This document shows, piece after piece, positions 10,294-20,076 of a DNA stretch of 64,000 bases. Origin of the DNA: an uncultured Candidatus Competibacteraceae bacterium (GTDB taxonomy: Bacteria > Bacteroidota > Bacteroidia > CAIKAF01); NCBI GenBank assembly GCA_964599915.1, contig CAZRHR010000002.1, positions 3,617-67,616 on the forward strand, given 5' to 3'. Each line of letters starts with the position of its first letter. The first letter of the stretch is position 1. The notes beneath the pieces were generated by a model. It did no database searches, was not told the origin of the DNA, and worked only from the letters and a program-made list of their open reading frames with translations. Both the position numbers and the translations under genes were made by a program.

Positions 10294-10845
10294 ATGAAAA
10301 AGAGAAGCTTATTGTTCCTAGCGATGGCCTTGATGTTTCAAATGGGTTTTACCCAAAATTGGCAGGTTCAACCTAAAGACACGCGTATCTCATTTAAAAT
10401 CAAAAACTTCGGACTTTGGGTCGAGGGCAGCCTTACAGGAATTCAAGCGCAGATTCAATTTGATCCTTCTTCCCCTGCTTCAGGAAAAATGGAAGGCAAG
10501 GTTCCTGTTTCTTCTATTTCAACCGGCATAAAAAAACGAGACGAACATTTACAAAAGGAGGATTACTTTCATGCCCAAGCGTATCCATTTATCATCATGC
10601 GCTCGGAAAAGCTTGAGGGACAAGGAGGAGAATTCCGTTTTACCGGGCAAATTGACATACGCGGGGTACGTCAGTCCATACAATTTCCCTTTTTCTTCGT
10701 GGAAAAGGATGGACGGGGATTGTTTACGGCAAATTTTAGCTTAAACCGTTTAGCCTTTCAGGTAGGGCCCTCTCAAGGGCCTTTAGGTACACAAGTAGAC
10801 GTATCGCTTAGCGTGCAGGTGAAGGCGCCTTCTGAACAGGAATGA
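10294..10845 (+). CDS. YceI-like periplasmic protein
   Basis: Signal peptide MKKRSLLFLAMALMF. The ~180-aa size and sequence pattern fit the YceI-like family. Start taken at the internal ATG 10294. Confidence 0.55.
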   Translation: MKKRSLLFLAMALMFQMGFTQNWQVQPKDTRISFKIKNFGLWVEGSLTGIQAQIQFDPSSPASGKMEGKVPVSSISTGIKKRDEHLQKEDYFHAQAYPFIIMRSEKLEGQGGEFRFTGQIDIRGVRQSIQFPFFFVEKDGRGLFTANFSLNRLAFQVGPSQGPLGTQVDVSLSVQVKAPSEQE

Positions 10846-11407
10846 ACAAGTCCATGTATTCCCAACGGAAGCGAATTCCATTTTTTTCGATAAAAAAATC
10901 GAGGCGTTCAGCCATTTGGTCTTGAAAAACAGGTCGAACCCGTGCGCGCAGTGCGTCTTCGCCTTCTTTATAATCGTAGGCACCCCAGGTATCCCATTGG
11001 GCATTAAAGATCAGGGTCCACTCCCCGTCTTGGCTAGGTAAAGTAAAAAAACCATATTTCCCGGCGGGCAAGGGTTGGCCAGCTACCAGCACAGGCGCAG
11101 AGAACTCCATGGTGGTGGTTTCATTGGCACCGGAACGCCAAACTTCGTTCCAAGGCACCAATTCCCCCCAGATTTTGCGGCCTTTGGTGGCAGGAGAGCC
11201 GTACGTTACCGTTACTTTCACCTGGTCAATGAGACCTGTGGTTACCTTTTGTGGAGAGGGTCGGTCTTCATTTCGAATTTCCGTGCGCGGCCCTAAGGTA
11301 TCTGCCAATGCAGTGGTATCTGAATGGTCCGCATTATTACCTTGAGAAGATCCGCAAGCGAACCAAATTGGGAACAACAGGGTTCCTGCAAATAACCATT
11401 TTTTCAT
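10808..11407 (-). CDS. hypothetical lipoprotein (DUF2911-like)
   Basis: MKKWLFAGTLLFPIWFACGSS is a signal peptide with lipobox. 199 aa. The 3' end overlaps the convergent YceI gene by 38 bp. Confidence 0.5.
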   Translation of the reverse strand: MKKWLFAGTLLFPIWFACGSSQGNNADHSDTTALADTLGPRTEIRNEDRPSPQKVTTGLIDQVKVTVTYGSPATKGRKIWGELVPWNEVWRSGANETTTMEFSAPVLVAGQPLPAGKYGFFTLPSQDGEWTLIFNAQWDTWGAYDYKEGEDALRARVRPVFQDQMAERLDFFIEKNGIRFRWEYMDLFIPVQKAPSPAR

Positions 11408-11507
11408 ACCTTAAATTTAAATAAAACTCCGGAAACCAGCCATGGAAATATTAAATTTGACAACGAAAACCGAAATAGATTGTTTTACCATTTTAAACTG
11501 AATACTT

Positions 11508-12116
11508 ATGGCATTTGAACTTGCACCTTTACCTTACGCTTACAACGCATTAGAGCCCCATTTTGATGCGATGACCATGGAAATCCACCATTCTCGCCAT
11601 CATGCGGCGTATACCAATAACCTCAATGCAGCTGTTGAAAATACAGACATGGCCGGTCTTAGCATTGAAACCCTCATGGAAACCATTTCAAAAAGACCCA
11701 TGGCGGTACGCAACAATGGCGGAGGTTATTACAACCACAATTTATTCTGGCAAATTTTGTCTCCCACAGGAGGCGGTGTTCCAGAAGGAAAACTAGGCGA
11801 GGCCATTACCAAAGCGTTTGGGTCTTTCGATGCCTTTAAAACTGCATTTTCACAAGCAGCTGCCACGCGTTTTGGCTCCGGTTGGGCTTGGCTCGTGGTG
11901 CATGATGGCAACCTTGTGGTAAGCTCTACGCCGAACCAAGACAACCCATTGATGGACATTGCCGAAGTAAAAGGTACGCCCATTCTTGGTCTCGATGTAT
12001 GGGAACATGCCTATTATCTCAAGTTTCAAAACAAGCGTCCGGATTATATTTCCACCTTTTGGAACATTGTTAACTGGAACCACGTGGCTGCTTTGTACGA
12101 AAAAGCGACGAAATAA
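11508..12116 (+). CDS. sodA: superoxide dismutase [Fe/Mn]
   Basis: [40 protein letters not shown] is the canonical Fe/Mn-SOD N-terminus. DVWEHAYY near the C-terminus is the metal-binding motif. Confidence 0.95.
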   Translation: MAFELAPLPYAYNALEPHFDAMTMEIHHSRHHAAYTNNLNAAVENTDMAGLSIETLMETISKRPMAVRNNGGGYYNHNLFWQILSPTGGGVPEGKLGEAITKAFGSFDAFKTAFSQAAATRFGSGWAWLVVHDGNLVVSSTPNQDNPLMDIAEVKGTPILGLDVWEHAYYLKFQNKRPDYISTFWNIVNWNHVAALYEKATK

Positions 12117-12136
12117 TTTAAACTGAACCAATGACA

Positions 12137-12168
12137 AGCCGTCTTTTCTAGGAAAGACGGCTTTTTTA
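12137..12168 (+). terminator. rho-independent terminator downstream of sodA
   Basis: Hairpin AGCCGTCTTT-tcta-AAAGACGGCT followed by TTTTTT. Confidence 0.75.
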
Positions 12169-12202
12169 TGTTCCAACCAAGATAAAACTGTACCTTTGGA
12201 AA

Positions 12203-13993
12203 GTGTGGAAGACACTATTTCGTCGATTTTTTGCCCTACACAGGCTTCCTTTGCAATGGGCCAGAAAAAAACTGAATGCCTCCGCTTTTTTGTTTCTTTC
12301 CGCGATACTTACCGGAATTAGTGCAGGGCTGGCCGCGTATGCCTTAAAAAGTCTGGTGCATTATGTGAATGTATTTTTTATCCAAGAAAACCCCATTCCT
12401 TTCGGGCGGTACATGTTGCCCTTTTTCCCGATGATTGGCCTTTTGCTCTGTGTGTTTGTGGTGCGATATTTTTATAAAAACGAAGCAGGCAAAGGCATAG
12501 CGCGGGTTTTACAGGCCATTGCCAGACAAAACAGCGTAATTCCGCCCAACCGGATGCATTCGCAGGTGGTAACAGCTGGAATCACTGTAGGACTTGGAGG
12601 TTCTTCCGGATTGGAAGGTCCCATTGTCGTTACAGGCGCCGCCATTGGCTCCAATTATGCCAGAAGTTATCGCTTGGGTTACCGGGAACGGACCTTGTTA
12701 CTTGCTGCAGGTGTAGCCGGCGGAATCGCTGCCGTCTTCAATGCGCCTGTGGCCGGCCTGATGTTTGCCATTGAAATCATATTGGCCGGGGTAGTACTTA
12801 CAGAATTTATGCCCTTGATTGTAGCGGCTGTTTCAGGCGCCTTATGCGGACAACTCCTTTTGCATCAAGGCGTCCTTTTCCATTTTGACCACCTGCCGTC
12901 TTTTTACATTAAAGACCTGCCTTGGTTCATTCTTTTAGGATTTTTAGCCGCCAACCTTTCCATTTATTATGGAAAAGCCACGCATCAGGTGGAATTGTTT
13001 TTTTACCGGCTTCGCCATTGGCCTTACGCCCGAGCGGTGATGGGAGGTTTGGTTCTAGCGCTTTTGATTGCCCTATTTCCAGCCTTGTTTGGGGAAGGTT
13101 TTAGTTTTTTACAAGCTTTGATTGACGGGCATCCAGAGCGACTTTTACAAGGCAGCCTAATTCCCTGGCCTAGTACCTCTTCTTTTTGGCTTATATTGGT
13201 AATCGGCTGTACCGTCCTTTTTAAGTCCATTGCCACAGCCACCACCATTCATGCCGGCGGAAATGGAGGCAATTTTGCCCCTTCACTTTTCATGGGCGGC
13301 ATGCTTGGTTGGACATTCGCTCAGGTAATCAATTTGTTGTTTGATTCAGAAGTGTCGTCCACCCAATTTATGTTGGTGGGTATGGCCGGGATGTTATCAG
13401 GCGTCATGTATGCGCCTCTTACCGCCATTTTTTTGATTGCCGAAATTTCAGGCAGCTACACCTTAATATTACCCTTGATGGTGGTGGCAGCCGTAAGCTA
13501 TTTTACGACAAGGTACCTTAGACCTATTTCTCCGGAAACTGCTTTACTCGTGGAAAAGGGAGAGATTTACACCGGCCATAAAGACGAAAATGTCTTGCAA
13601 AATATTGCTTTAAGCAAAATTGTTGAAAAGGACATCTTGTCGCTGCGAGCAGAACAGACCTTGGGTGATTTGGTGGAAGCCATTCGGGCAAGTCCACGGC
13701 AAATTTTTGCCATTACCACAGAAAAAGGTGACTTTTTGGGACTCATTTCGTTGGAACAAGTCAAAACTATTCTTTTCGACAGAGAACAATATGAGGTGAT
13801 TCGTTTAGAATCGCTTGTAAAGCCTCCAGTAGGAATTTTACCCGTAGATGCATCGATGAAAACGGTGATTCATATCTTTGAGGAGACCGGTGCATGGAAT
13901 TTACCTGTGGTGCAAGGAAGCCAATTTATTGGGCTTATCTCCAGAAGCAGTGTTTTTTCCGCTTATCGCAATGAATTGATTCGCCAAAGCTAA
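12203..13993 (+). CDS. ClC-family voltage-gated chloride channel / H+-Cl- antiporter with C-terminal CBS pair
   Basis: GSSGLEGP and GIAAVFNAP selectivity-filter-like motifs, many TM helices, and a C-terminal CBS-like region. Confidence 0.9.
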   Translation: MWKTLFRRFFALHRLPLQWARKKLNASAFLFLSAILTGISAGLAAYALKSLVHYVNVFFIQENPIPFGRYMLPFFPMIGLLLCVFVVRYFYKNEAGKGIARVLQAIARQNSVIPPNRMHSQVVTAGITVGLGGSSGLEGPIVVTGAAIGSNYARSYRLGYRERTLLLAAGVAGGIAAVFNAPVAGLMFAIEIILAGVVLTEFMPLIVAAVSGALCGQLLLHQGVLFHFDHLPSFYIKDLPWFILLGFLAANLSIYYGKATHQVELFFYRLRHWPYARAVMGGLVLALLIALFPALFGEGFSFLQALIDGHPERLLQGSLIPWPSTSSFWLILVIGCTVLFKSIATATTIHAGGNGGNFAPSLFMGGMLGWTFAQVINLLFDSEVSSTQFMLVGMAGMLSGVMYAPLTAIFLIAEISGSYTLILPLMVVAAVSYFTTRYLRPISPETALLVEKGEIYTGHKDENVLQNIALSKIVEKDILSLRAEQTLGDLVEAIRASPRQIFAITTEKGDFLGLISLEQVKTILFDREQYEVIRLESLVKPPVGILPVDASMKTVIHIFEETGAWNLPVVQGSQFIGLISRSSVFSAYRNELIRQS

Positions 13994-15666
13994 TGACCAT
14001 TTCACGCACTTCAAGATGGCCTTGGATAGGAGTATTACTCCTGCATTTTTTACATTTTCTGCCGTATTTTATATCGAGTGACCCCTACATCCGCATTCAT
14101 GATACCTTGGAAGGCGAGTTAGGCTGGTTGCATTTGCAGTCTATACAACCAGCACCTTTTTCCACCGCATCAGGGCAGGAAATTGCCCAAACCATGAACG
14201 GTTTGCCACGAGATGCCGTGCCCGGTCCATTTTCTATCGTGAATGTTTTTGTCCATGTATTTGGGACTTTCACAGGCTATATGATTCACCGTGGCTTAGT
14301 GCATGTGGTGGCTTTTTGGAGCATGTATTGGCTGCTGGGAGGTCTGGGATATAAAAATGTCTGGCGTATTTGGGGCGCGTTGGTCTATAGTTTTGTGCCC
14401 TTTTTCTCGGTTTTTGGTATTGCCATTGCCGGACTTCCGGCCATTTGGGCGGCGGGACAAAGCTTGCTTCACCATCCCAAACATGTGGGGGCCTGGCTTG
14501 TACTGCTAATTTTCCCCTTTTGGGCCAGTGCCATTTGGGGAGCGCCGGCTTCCGTTTTGATTTTAAGTTTGTTAGGCTTAGACTATCTTAGGAAGCAACG
14601 TAAAATTCCTTGGGCAGCCGTCGGAGGCATGGTACTACATGTAGGAGGTTTCCTATTGGCCCTTTTTCCCATGCTGCGGCTGCTATGTTGCCATCCGGAT
14701 TTTATTTCTCATCGAACCGCCTATATTCCCGATCCCCCCGATTTTGCATCAGCGACTGGAGAGTTTTTACAGCTTTTATTTATTGGGCATTACCATACAG
14801 GCATACTTATGACCTTGCCTATTATTGTGGTGGCCTTGTTGTCCTTGGGTCGTGAAAAACCCTATCGATGGTTGTTCCCAGCCATTTTTGCCATTTGCTT
14901 TTTTCAGGCCGGCTATCCACTGGCCGCGCCATTCTTTGAAAACCATCTTCCTTTCGTAGATGCCATACGGCCGAACCGATTGCATACCTTACTGCCCATG
15001 TTATGGGTGGTTCTATTGGTCCGATCCCTCACCGCCATTGACTTGCATCAGTTGGGTAGGTGGATTCCGTCCATGGCTGTGGCGGCACAGCTAACCATTG
15101 GTTTTTTAGCCCATGATGAAATTTTACATAATTACAGAAACCTGCTTGGCTTTTCCAAATTCCCTGGACATAAAGCTTTTGTAGCCAAGCCTTTATTCGA
15201 TGCCTTTAAAGCGCATACCGGCAAATCCCCTGAGAATTATCGGGTGATTTGTCTAGGCTTTCCTCCCGCAGTAGCTTGGTACAATGGTTTATACACTTTA
15301 GACGGACTGCATGCCATTTATGATTTAAGGTACAAAAACAGATTCTACCGACTTATTGCCAGAGAATTAAACAGAGAACCGAAGCTAAAAAAATACTTTT
15401 TGAACTGGGGAAATCGGTGTTTTATCTTTTCTGCAGAAATTGGATTTCGTCCGGACGCTTTTATCCCAACCCTTCATCAAGGAAAACGAATTCAAAATCT
15501 TCTGCTCAATTCTGAGGCCTTTCAGGAAATGGGAGGTACCTACCTTTTATCCGCCTTACCCATAGAAAGTAGTGCTTTTAACCATTTTACACTAAAAGAA
15601 ACTATTACCTCACCGGAAATCCCTTGGAATTTGTACATTTACACCAGTTTTTCAACAGCTGAATGA
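13993..15666 (+). CDS. polytopic integral membrane protein of unknown function (possibly DUF6044/YfhO-like)
   Basis: 557 aa with at least 10 hydrophobic segments. Its start overlaps the ClC stop by 1 nt (TAATG). No catalytic motif recognised. Confidence 0.5.
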   Translation: MTISRTSRWPWIGVLLLHFLHFLPYFISSDPYIRIHDTLEGELGWLHLQSIQPAPFSTASGQEIAQTMNGLPRDAVPGPFSIVNVFVHVFGTFTGYMIHRGLVHVVAFWSMYWLLGGLGYKNVWRIWGALVYSFVPFFSVFGIAIAGLPAIWAAGQSLLHHPKHVGAWLVLLIFPFWASAIWGAPASVLILSLLGLDYLRKQRKIPWAAVGGMVLHVGGFLLALFPMLRLLCCHPDFISHRTAYIPDPPDFASATGEFLQLLFIGHYHTGILMTLPIIVVALLSLGREKPYRWLFPAIFAICFFQAGYPLAAPFFENHLPFVDAIRPNRLHTLLPMLWVVLLVRSLTAIDLHQLGRWIPSMAVAAQLTIGFLAHDEILHNYRNLLGFSKFPGHKAFVAKPLFDAFKAHTGKSPENYRVICLGFPPAVAWYNGLYTLDGLHAIYDLRYKNRFYRLIARELNREPKLKKYFLNWGNRCFIFSAEIGFRPDAFIPTLHQGKRIQNLLLNSEAFQEMGGTYLLSALPIESSAFNHFTLKETITSPEIPWNLYIYTSFSTAE

Positions 15667-15929
15667 ATATTTTTACTTATCCGCGCCGCTATGTCCAAGT
15701 TTTGTGGATGCTACTCATACCAGCGGGGCTTCCGGCATTCCTGGCATGGCTTGTGGCAGAAAGGCAACTACATCGTGGAGAATTTGCCAAGGCCAGAAAA
15801 AATACCAAACTAGGTTTTAGGCTCCTAAATATTGGGGTGGCGATTTCACTTATGGCCATAGTTGCTGCAGGAGTCATCGTGGTTTGGATGGGAGGAAGTC
15901 TTATACCTGCCATCGGCTCTTTCTACTGA
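15663..15929 (+). CDS. small membrane protein
   Basis: 88 aa with two hydrophobic helices. ATGA overlap with the upstream gene. Confidence 0.4.
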   Translation: MNIFTYPRRYVQVLWMLLIPAGLPAFLAWLVAERQLHRGEFAKARKNTKLGFRLLNIGVAISLMAIVAAGVIVVWMGGSLIPAIGSFY

Positions 15930-15974
15930 AAAAGGGCTTTTTGACAACATGAATTCATTCTATCTCTAATACTT

Positions 15975-16406
15975 ATGGAAACAGGAATATTGCATTTACA
16001 CGGCGGCCTGCGCTATATCGTTTTGGCTTTGCTGATTTGGGCCATTGTATCCAATCTTTTGCGCAAAGGTCAGCCTTTTGGGTCGGCCGATCGCAAATTG
16101 GCCATGTTTGCCATGGTGTCTACGCATATTCAATTGGTTTTGGGCATTTTGTTGTGGGTATTGTTGGGTCATGTGAACAATTTGGCCATGATGGACAATG
16201 CCGTTTTACGTTTCAAAGCGCTTGAACATCCAGTGGCCATGCTGCTTGGCATCATTCTTATTACCGTCGGCTACTCTACCGCCAAGCGCATGAAAAACGA
16301 TGCGGCCAAGCGCAAACGCATTGCCCTATTTTATGCCTTAGGTTTACTCGTCATTTTATCCCGCATACCATGGCCCTTTGTTGTAGAAGGTGGAAAATGG
16401 TTTTAA
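15975..16406 (+). CDS. hypothetical 4-TM membrane protein
   Basis: 143 aa, strongly hydrophobic, lying immediately upstream of and overlapping the cytochrome c gene. Confidence 0.45.
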   Translation: METGILHLHGGLRYIVLALLIWAIVSNLLRKGQPFGSADRKLAMFAMVSTHIQLVLGILLWVLLGHVNNLAMMDNAVLRFKALEHPVAMLLGIILITVGYSTAKRMKNDAAKRKRIALFYALGLLVILSRIPWPFVVEGGKWF

Positions 16407-16711
16407 GCCTTTTTTCCTTTTTTCCTTTGGTATTTTTTATGGCGTGTCAGCAGGGAAGCCCAAGTGCCTCTGCTACAACCCATGACCAACAAGCCGGAAC
16501 ATCTGTTTATCAAAAATATTGCGTGGCCTGCCACGGTAGCCAAGGAGATTTAGGCCTTCAAGGAGCGCCCAACTTGAAAACCTCTGCGCTGGATGAACAA
16601 GCACGCATCGAAGTGATTACCCATGGACGTGGCGTGATGCCCGCTTATGAAGTATTGCTAACCAAAGAAGAAATACAGGCGGTTGCCCAATACACCTTGT
16701 CTTTACAATGA
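16397..16711 (+). CDS. class I c-type cytochrome (lipoprotein)
   Basis: Signal peptide with lipobox MVLSLFSFFPLVFFMAC, then CVACHG (CxxCH) and a distal Met ligand region. Confidence 0.8.
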   Translation: MVLSLFSFFPLVFFMACQQGSPSASATTHDQQAGTSVYQKYCVACHGSQGDLGLQGAPNLKTSALDEQARIEVITHGRGVMPAYEVLLTKEEIQAVAQYTLSLQ

Positions 16712-17934
16712 TAGACAACCCAACGTATAAAAAATTAAGCGACACGCCGGAAAAAGCGGTACTTATTGGCATCATTCATCAGCACCAATCCGAAGCACAA
16801 CTCAAAGAGTATCTGGATGAACTTGCTTTTCTGGTAGATACGGCCGGTGCAGAGGAGATGAAGCGCTTTGTTCAGAAACTGGACAAACCTAATCCCTCCA
16901 CCTTTATTGGCTCTGGAAAAATTGAAGAGGTCAGGGAATTTGTAGAAATGGCCGGGGTAGATATGCTGGTGTTCGATGATGAGTTGAGTCCATCTCAATT
17001 AAAAAACATTGAAAAAATCTTTAATCCGGACCCTAACAGCCTGGAAAAGAAGGTAAAAGTATTGGATCGAACCCACCTTATCCTCGATATTTTTGCCCAA
17101 AGGGCACGCACATCGCATGCTAGAACCCAAGTAGAATTGGCACAATATCAATACCTTTTGCCTCGTCTAACCCGTATGTGGACGCATTTGGAACGACAAA
17201 AAGGCGGTATTGGAATGCGTGGACCCGGAGAAACGGAAATAGAAACCGACCGAAGGATCATTCGGGAAAAAATTGCCTTGCTGCGAGACAAGCTGAAAAC
17301 CATCGACTTGCAGATGGCCACCCAAAGAAAAAACCGGGGCGAATTGGTCCGGGTAGCGCTGGTGGGTTATACCAACGTAGGGAAAAGCACCCTGATGACC
17401 TTGTTGAGTAAATCCGAAGTGTTTGCAGAAAACAAACTATTTGCCACTTTAGATACCACTGTTCGAAAAGTGGTTCTTGAAAATTTACCCTTTCTACTGT
17501 CCGATACCGTAGGATTTATCCGAAAACTACCTACTCAATTGGTAGAATCCTTTAAATCGACCTTGGACGAAGTGCGGGAATCGGACCTTTTGTTGCATGT
17601 GGTAGACATCAGTCATCCCCAATTTGAAGCACAAATTCAAGTGGTTCAAAAGACCTTGGCAGAAATTGGCGCCGGAGATAAACCCGTATTGATGGTCTTC
17701 AATAAAATTGACCAATTCCAAACGCCGGAATTTGACCCATTTGATTTGGGAGAAACGCCGGCACCACTGGATTTAGAGCAATTGCAACGTACCTGGATGA
17801 ACCGCGGCGACGTGGAAGCCATTTTTATTTCAGCTGTTCAAAGAACCCATTTGGACGCATTTCGAAAAGTTTTGTATGATAAAATCGCCGCCATACATCG
17901 GGAGCGGTATCCTTACAACCATTTTTTATATTAA
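16708..17934 (+). CDS. hflX: GTPase HflX
   Basis: HflX N-domain followed by G-domain motifs GYTNVGKST, DTVGF and NKID. ATGA overlap with the cytochrome c stop. Confidence 0.9.
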   Translation: MIDNPTYKKLSDTPEKAVLIGIIHQHQSEAQLKEYLDELAFLVDTAGAEEMKRFVQKLDKPNPSTFIGSGKIEEVREFVEMAGVDMLVFDDELSPSQLKNIEKIFNPDPNSLEKKVKVLDRTHLILDIFAQRARTSHARTQVELAQYQYLLPRLTRMWTHLERQKGGIGMRGPGETEIETDRRIIREKIALLRDKLKTIDLQMATQRKNRGELVRVALVGYTNVGKSTLMTLLSKSEVFAENKLFATLDTTVRKVVLENLPFLLSDTVGFIRKLPTQLVESFKSTLDEVRESDLLLHVVDISHPQFEAQIQVVQKTLAEIGAGDKPVLMVFNKIDQFQTPEFDPFDLGETPAPLDLEQLQRTWMNRGDVEAIFISAVQRTHLDAFRKVLYDKIAAIHRERYPYNHFLY

Positions 17935-17936
17935 GC

Positions 17937-19118
17937 ATGTACCCAGCCCATTTTTTTGCGGTTCATCAAGCGCTGGAAACCATATTTTCCGGACAAAAGC
18001 CGGCAGATAAGGTGTTAGAACAGCTTTTCAAAACCCAGAAAAAAATGGGAGGGAAAGACCGTGGCGTTATTGCAGAAGCCACGTATGGCACCGTCCGTTT
18101 TTGGCGATTACTCAACACCCTTTCGGGGCGAGAGGCCACAGACCTGTCCATCGAGGCCAACGGAATCCGCGTAGGACTGTGGCATAGGCTACAAGGAAAA
18201 GCGGTTCCTGCCTTGAAAGAATGTACCCAAGCAGGGAAAATAGACCTTGCCGGAATAAAACATTTACCCCACGCCGTGCGGGCCTCCATACCAGATTGGT
18301 TGGAAGACCTTGGAGACAAAGCCTATGGCCATCAATGGCCAACGCTTATGGAAGCATTGAATCAGCCGGCACCCGTCCATTTCCGAATCAATACGCTGAA
18401 AATAGCCCCGAAAAACTTTTTTTCCGAAACCACTTTACCCGTTCGACCGGTGGAACATTTCCCCTATGGTGCGGTAGCAAAAGAAAGAATGTCGGTATTT
18501 CGGCACCCGGAGTATTTAGCAGGACAAATTGAAATTCAGGATTTAGGCTCCCAGCAGATTGGACCGTTTTTAGAGGTGACACCAGGAATGCGCGTGATTG
18601 ATGCCTGTGCAGGTGGAGGTGGAAAAGCCCTTCATTTGGCAGCTTTAATGGAAAATAAAGGGCAAATCCTGGCCATGGACATTCATGGTTGGAAACTTGA
18701 ACAAGTAAAAATTAGGGCTAAAAGGGCTGGTGCACACAATCTGGAAATCCGGGTCATAGAAAACCAAAAAACCATCAAACGCTTAGCCAAATCGGCCGAT
18801 CGGGTGTTGCTCGATGTGCCATGTTCCGGATTGGGCGTTTTGCGAAGAAATCCGGATGCCAAATGGAAAATGCAACCGGAGAGAATACAGGAACTCATTC
18901 AAATACAAAGAGACATCCTAGATAAGTATGCGGAGATGGTGAAGCCGGGTGGAAAATTGGTGTATGCCACCTGTTCTATTCTGGTGGAAGAAAACCAAGC
19001 CCAGGTTCAGCATTTTTTACAAAATCATACAGACTTCACCTTTGAGGAAGATCATTTTCAACCTCCCGGCCTCACCGATGGGTTTTACATGGCCCGAATG
19101 AAAAGAAAGGCGGAGTAG
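17937..19118 (+). CDS. 16S rRNA m5C methyltransferase, RsmB/RsmF (NOL1/NOP2/Sun) family
   Basis: SAM-binding motif DACAGGGGKALH and catalytic motifs LDVPCSGLGVLRRNPD and YATCS. Confidence 0.85.
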   Translation: MYPAHFFAVHQALETIFSGQKPADKVLEQLFKTQKKMGGKDRGVIAEATYGTVRFWRLLNTLSGREATDLSIEANGIRVGLWHRLQGKAVPALKECTQAGKIDLAGIKHLPHAVRASIPDWLEDLGDKAYGHQWPTLMEALNQPAPVHFRINTLKIAPKNFFSETTLPVRPVEHFPYGAVAKERMSVFRHPEYLAGQIEIQDLGSQQIGPFLEVTPGMRVIDACAGGGGKALHLAALMENKGQILAMDIHGWKLEQVKIRAKRAGAHNLEIRVIENQKTIKRLAKSADRVLLDVPCSGLGVLRRNPDAKWKMQPERIQELIQIQRDILDKYAEMVKPGGKLVYATCSILVEENQAQVQHFLQNHTDFTFEEDHFQPPGLTDGFYMARMKRKAE

Positions 19119-19138
19119 GGTTAGACTAATTAAATCAT

Positions 19139-20076
19139 ATTGAGTCCATCGAAACGTGGCCGTTGAGTCTACCGAAACGCGGTCGTTGAGTCTACCGAAA
19201 CGTGGTCGTTGAGTTTACCGAAACGAATAAGGCGACAATCGAAATTTGGGGCTACGCCCACCCCTCCCCGTAGTCAATTTATCGAAACAGTCCGACATCA
19301 TTCGGATATTAAACGTGTATAATTGATTAAAATTGATGGGTCTAAGATTTCAATAATTCCTCAGGACCAATTTGATAAAATGCCTTGGTTGAGCGCGCCG
19401 AAACGCGGTCGTTGAGTTTATCGAAACGAATAAGGCGAATACCAAAAATTGGGGCTACGCCCACCCCTCCCCGTAGTCAATTTATCGAAACAGTCCGACA
19501 TCATTCGGATATTAAACGTGTATAATTGATTAAAATTGATGGGTCTAAGATTTCAATAATTGCTCAGGACCAATTTGATAAAATGCCTTGGTTGAGCGCG
19601 CCGAAACGTGGTCGTTGAGTTTACCGAAACGAATAAGGCGACAATCGAAATTTGGGGCTACGCCCACCCCTCCCCGTGGTCAATCTATAGAAATAGTCCC
19701 ACATCATTCGGATAGTAAACGTGTATAAACGATTAAAATTAATGGTGCTGAGATTTCAATTATTACTCAGAACCCATTTGATAAAATGCCGTGGTTGAGT
19801 TTACCGAAACGCGGCCGTTGAGTTTACCGAAACGTGGTCGTTGAGTCTATCGAAACGTGGTCGTTGAGTTTACCGAAACGCGGCCGTTGAGTCTGCCGAA
19901 ACGTGGTCGTTGAGTCCATCGAAACGAATAAGGCGAAAACCAAAAATTGGGGCTACGCCCACCCCTCCCCGTGGTCAATCTATAGAAATAGTCCCACATC
20001 ATTCGGATAGTAAACGTGTATAAACGATTAAAATTGATGGTGCTGAGATGTCAATAATTGCTCAGGAGCAATTTTA
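19139..20076. repeat. nested (higher-order) tandem repeat: 4 macro-units, each 2-6 copies of 23-bp GTTGAGTYTACCGAAACGYGGYC plus a ~153-bp unit; no ORF
   Basis: GTTGAG recurs at 19162, 19185, 19208, 19388, 19411, 19591, 19614, 19794, 19817, 19840, 19863, 19886 and 19909, with exact 23-bp phasing inside each block. The ~153-bp units at 19235-19387 and 19438-19590 are near-identical (subfamily A); those at 19641-19793 and 19936-~20076 are near-identical (subfamily B). Confidence 0.9.

Noticed and set aside
19139-20076. CRISPR array interpretation of the tandem repeat
   Set aside because: The repeat unit is only 23 bp, the copies abut directly with no unique spacers, and the intervening ~153-bp segments are themselves repeated near-identically. 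No cas genes are in the window.
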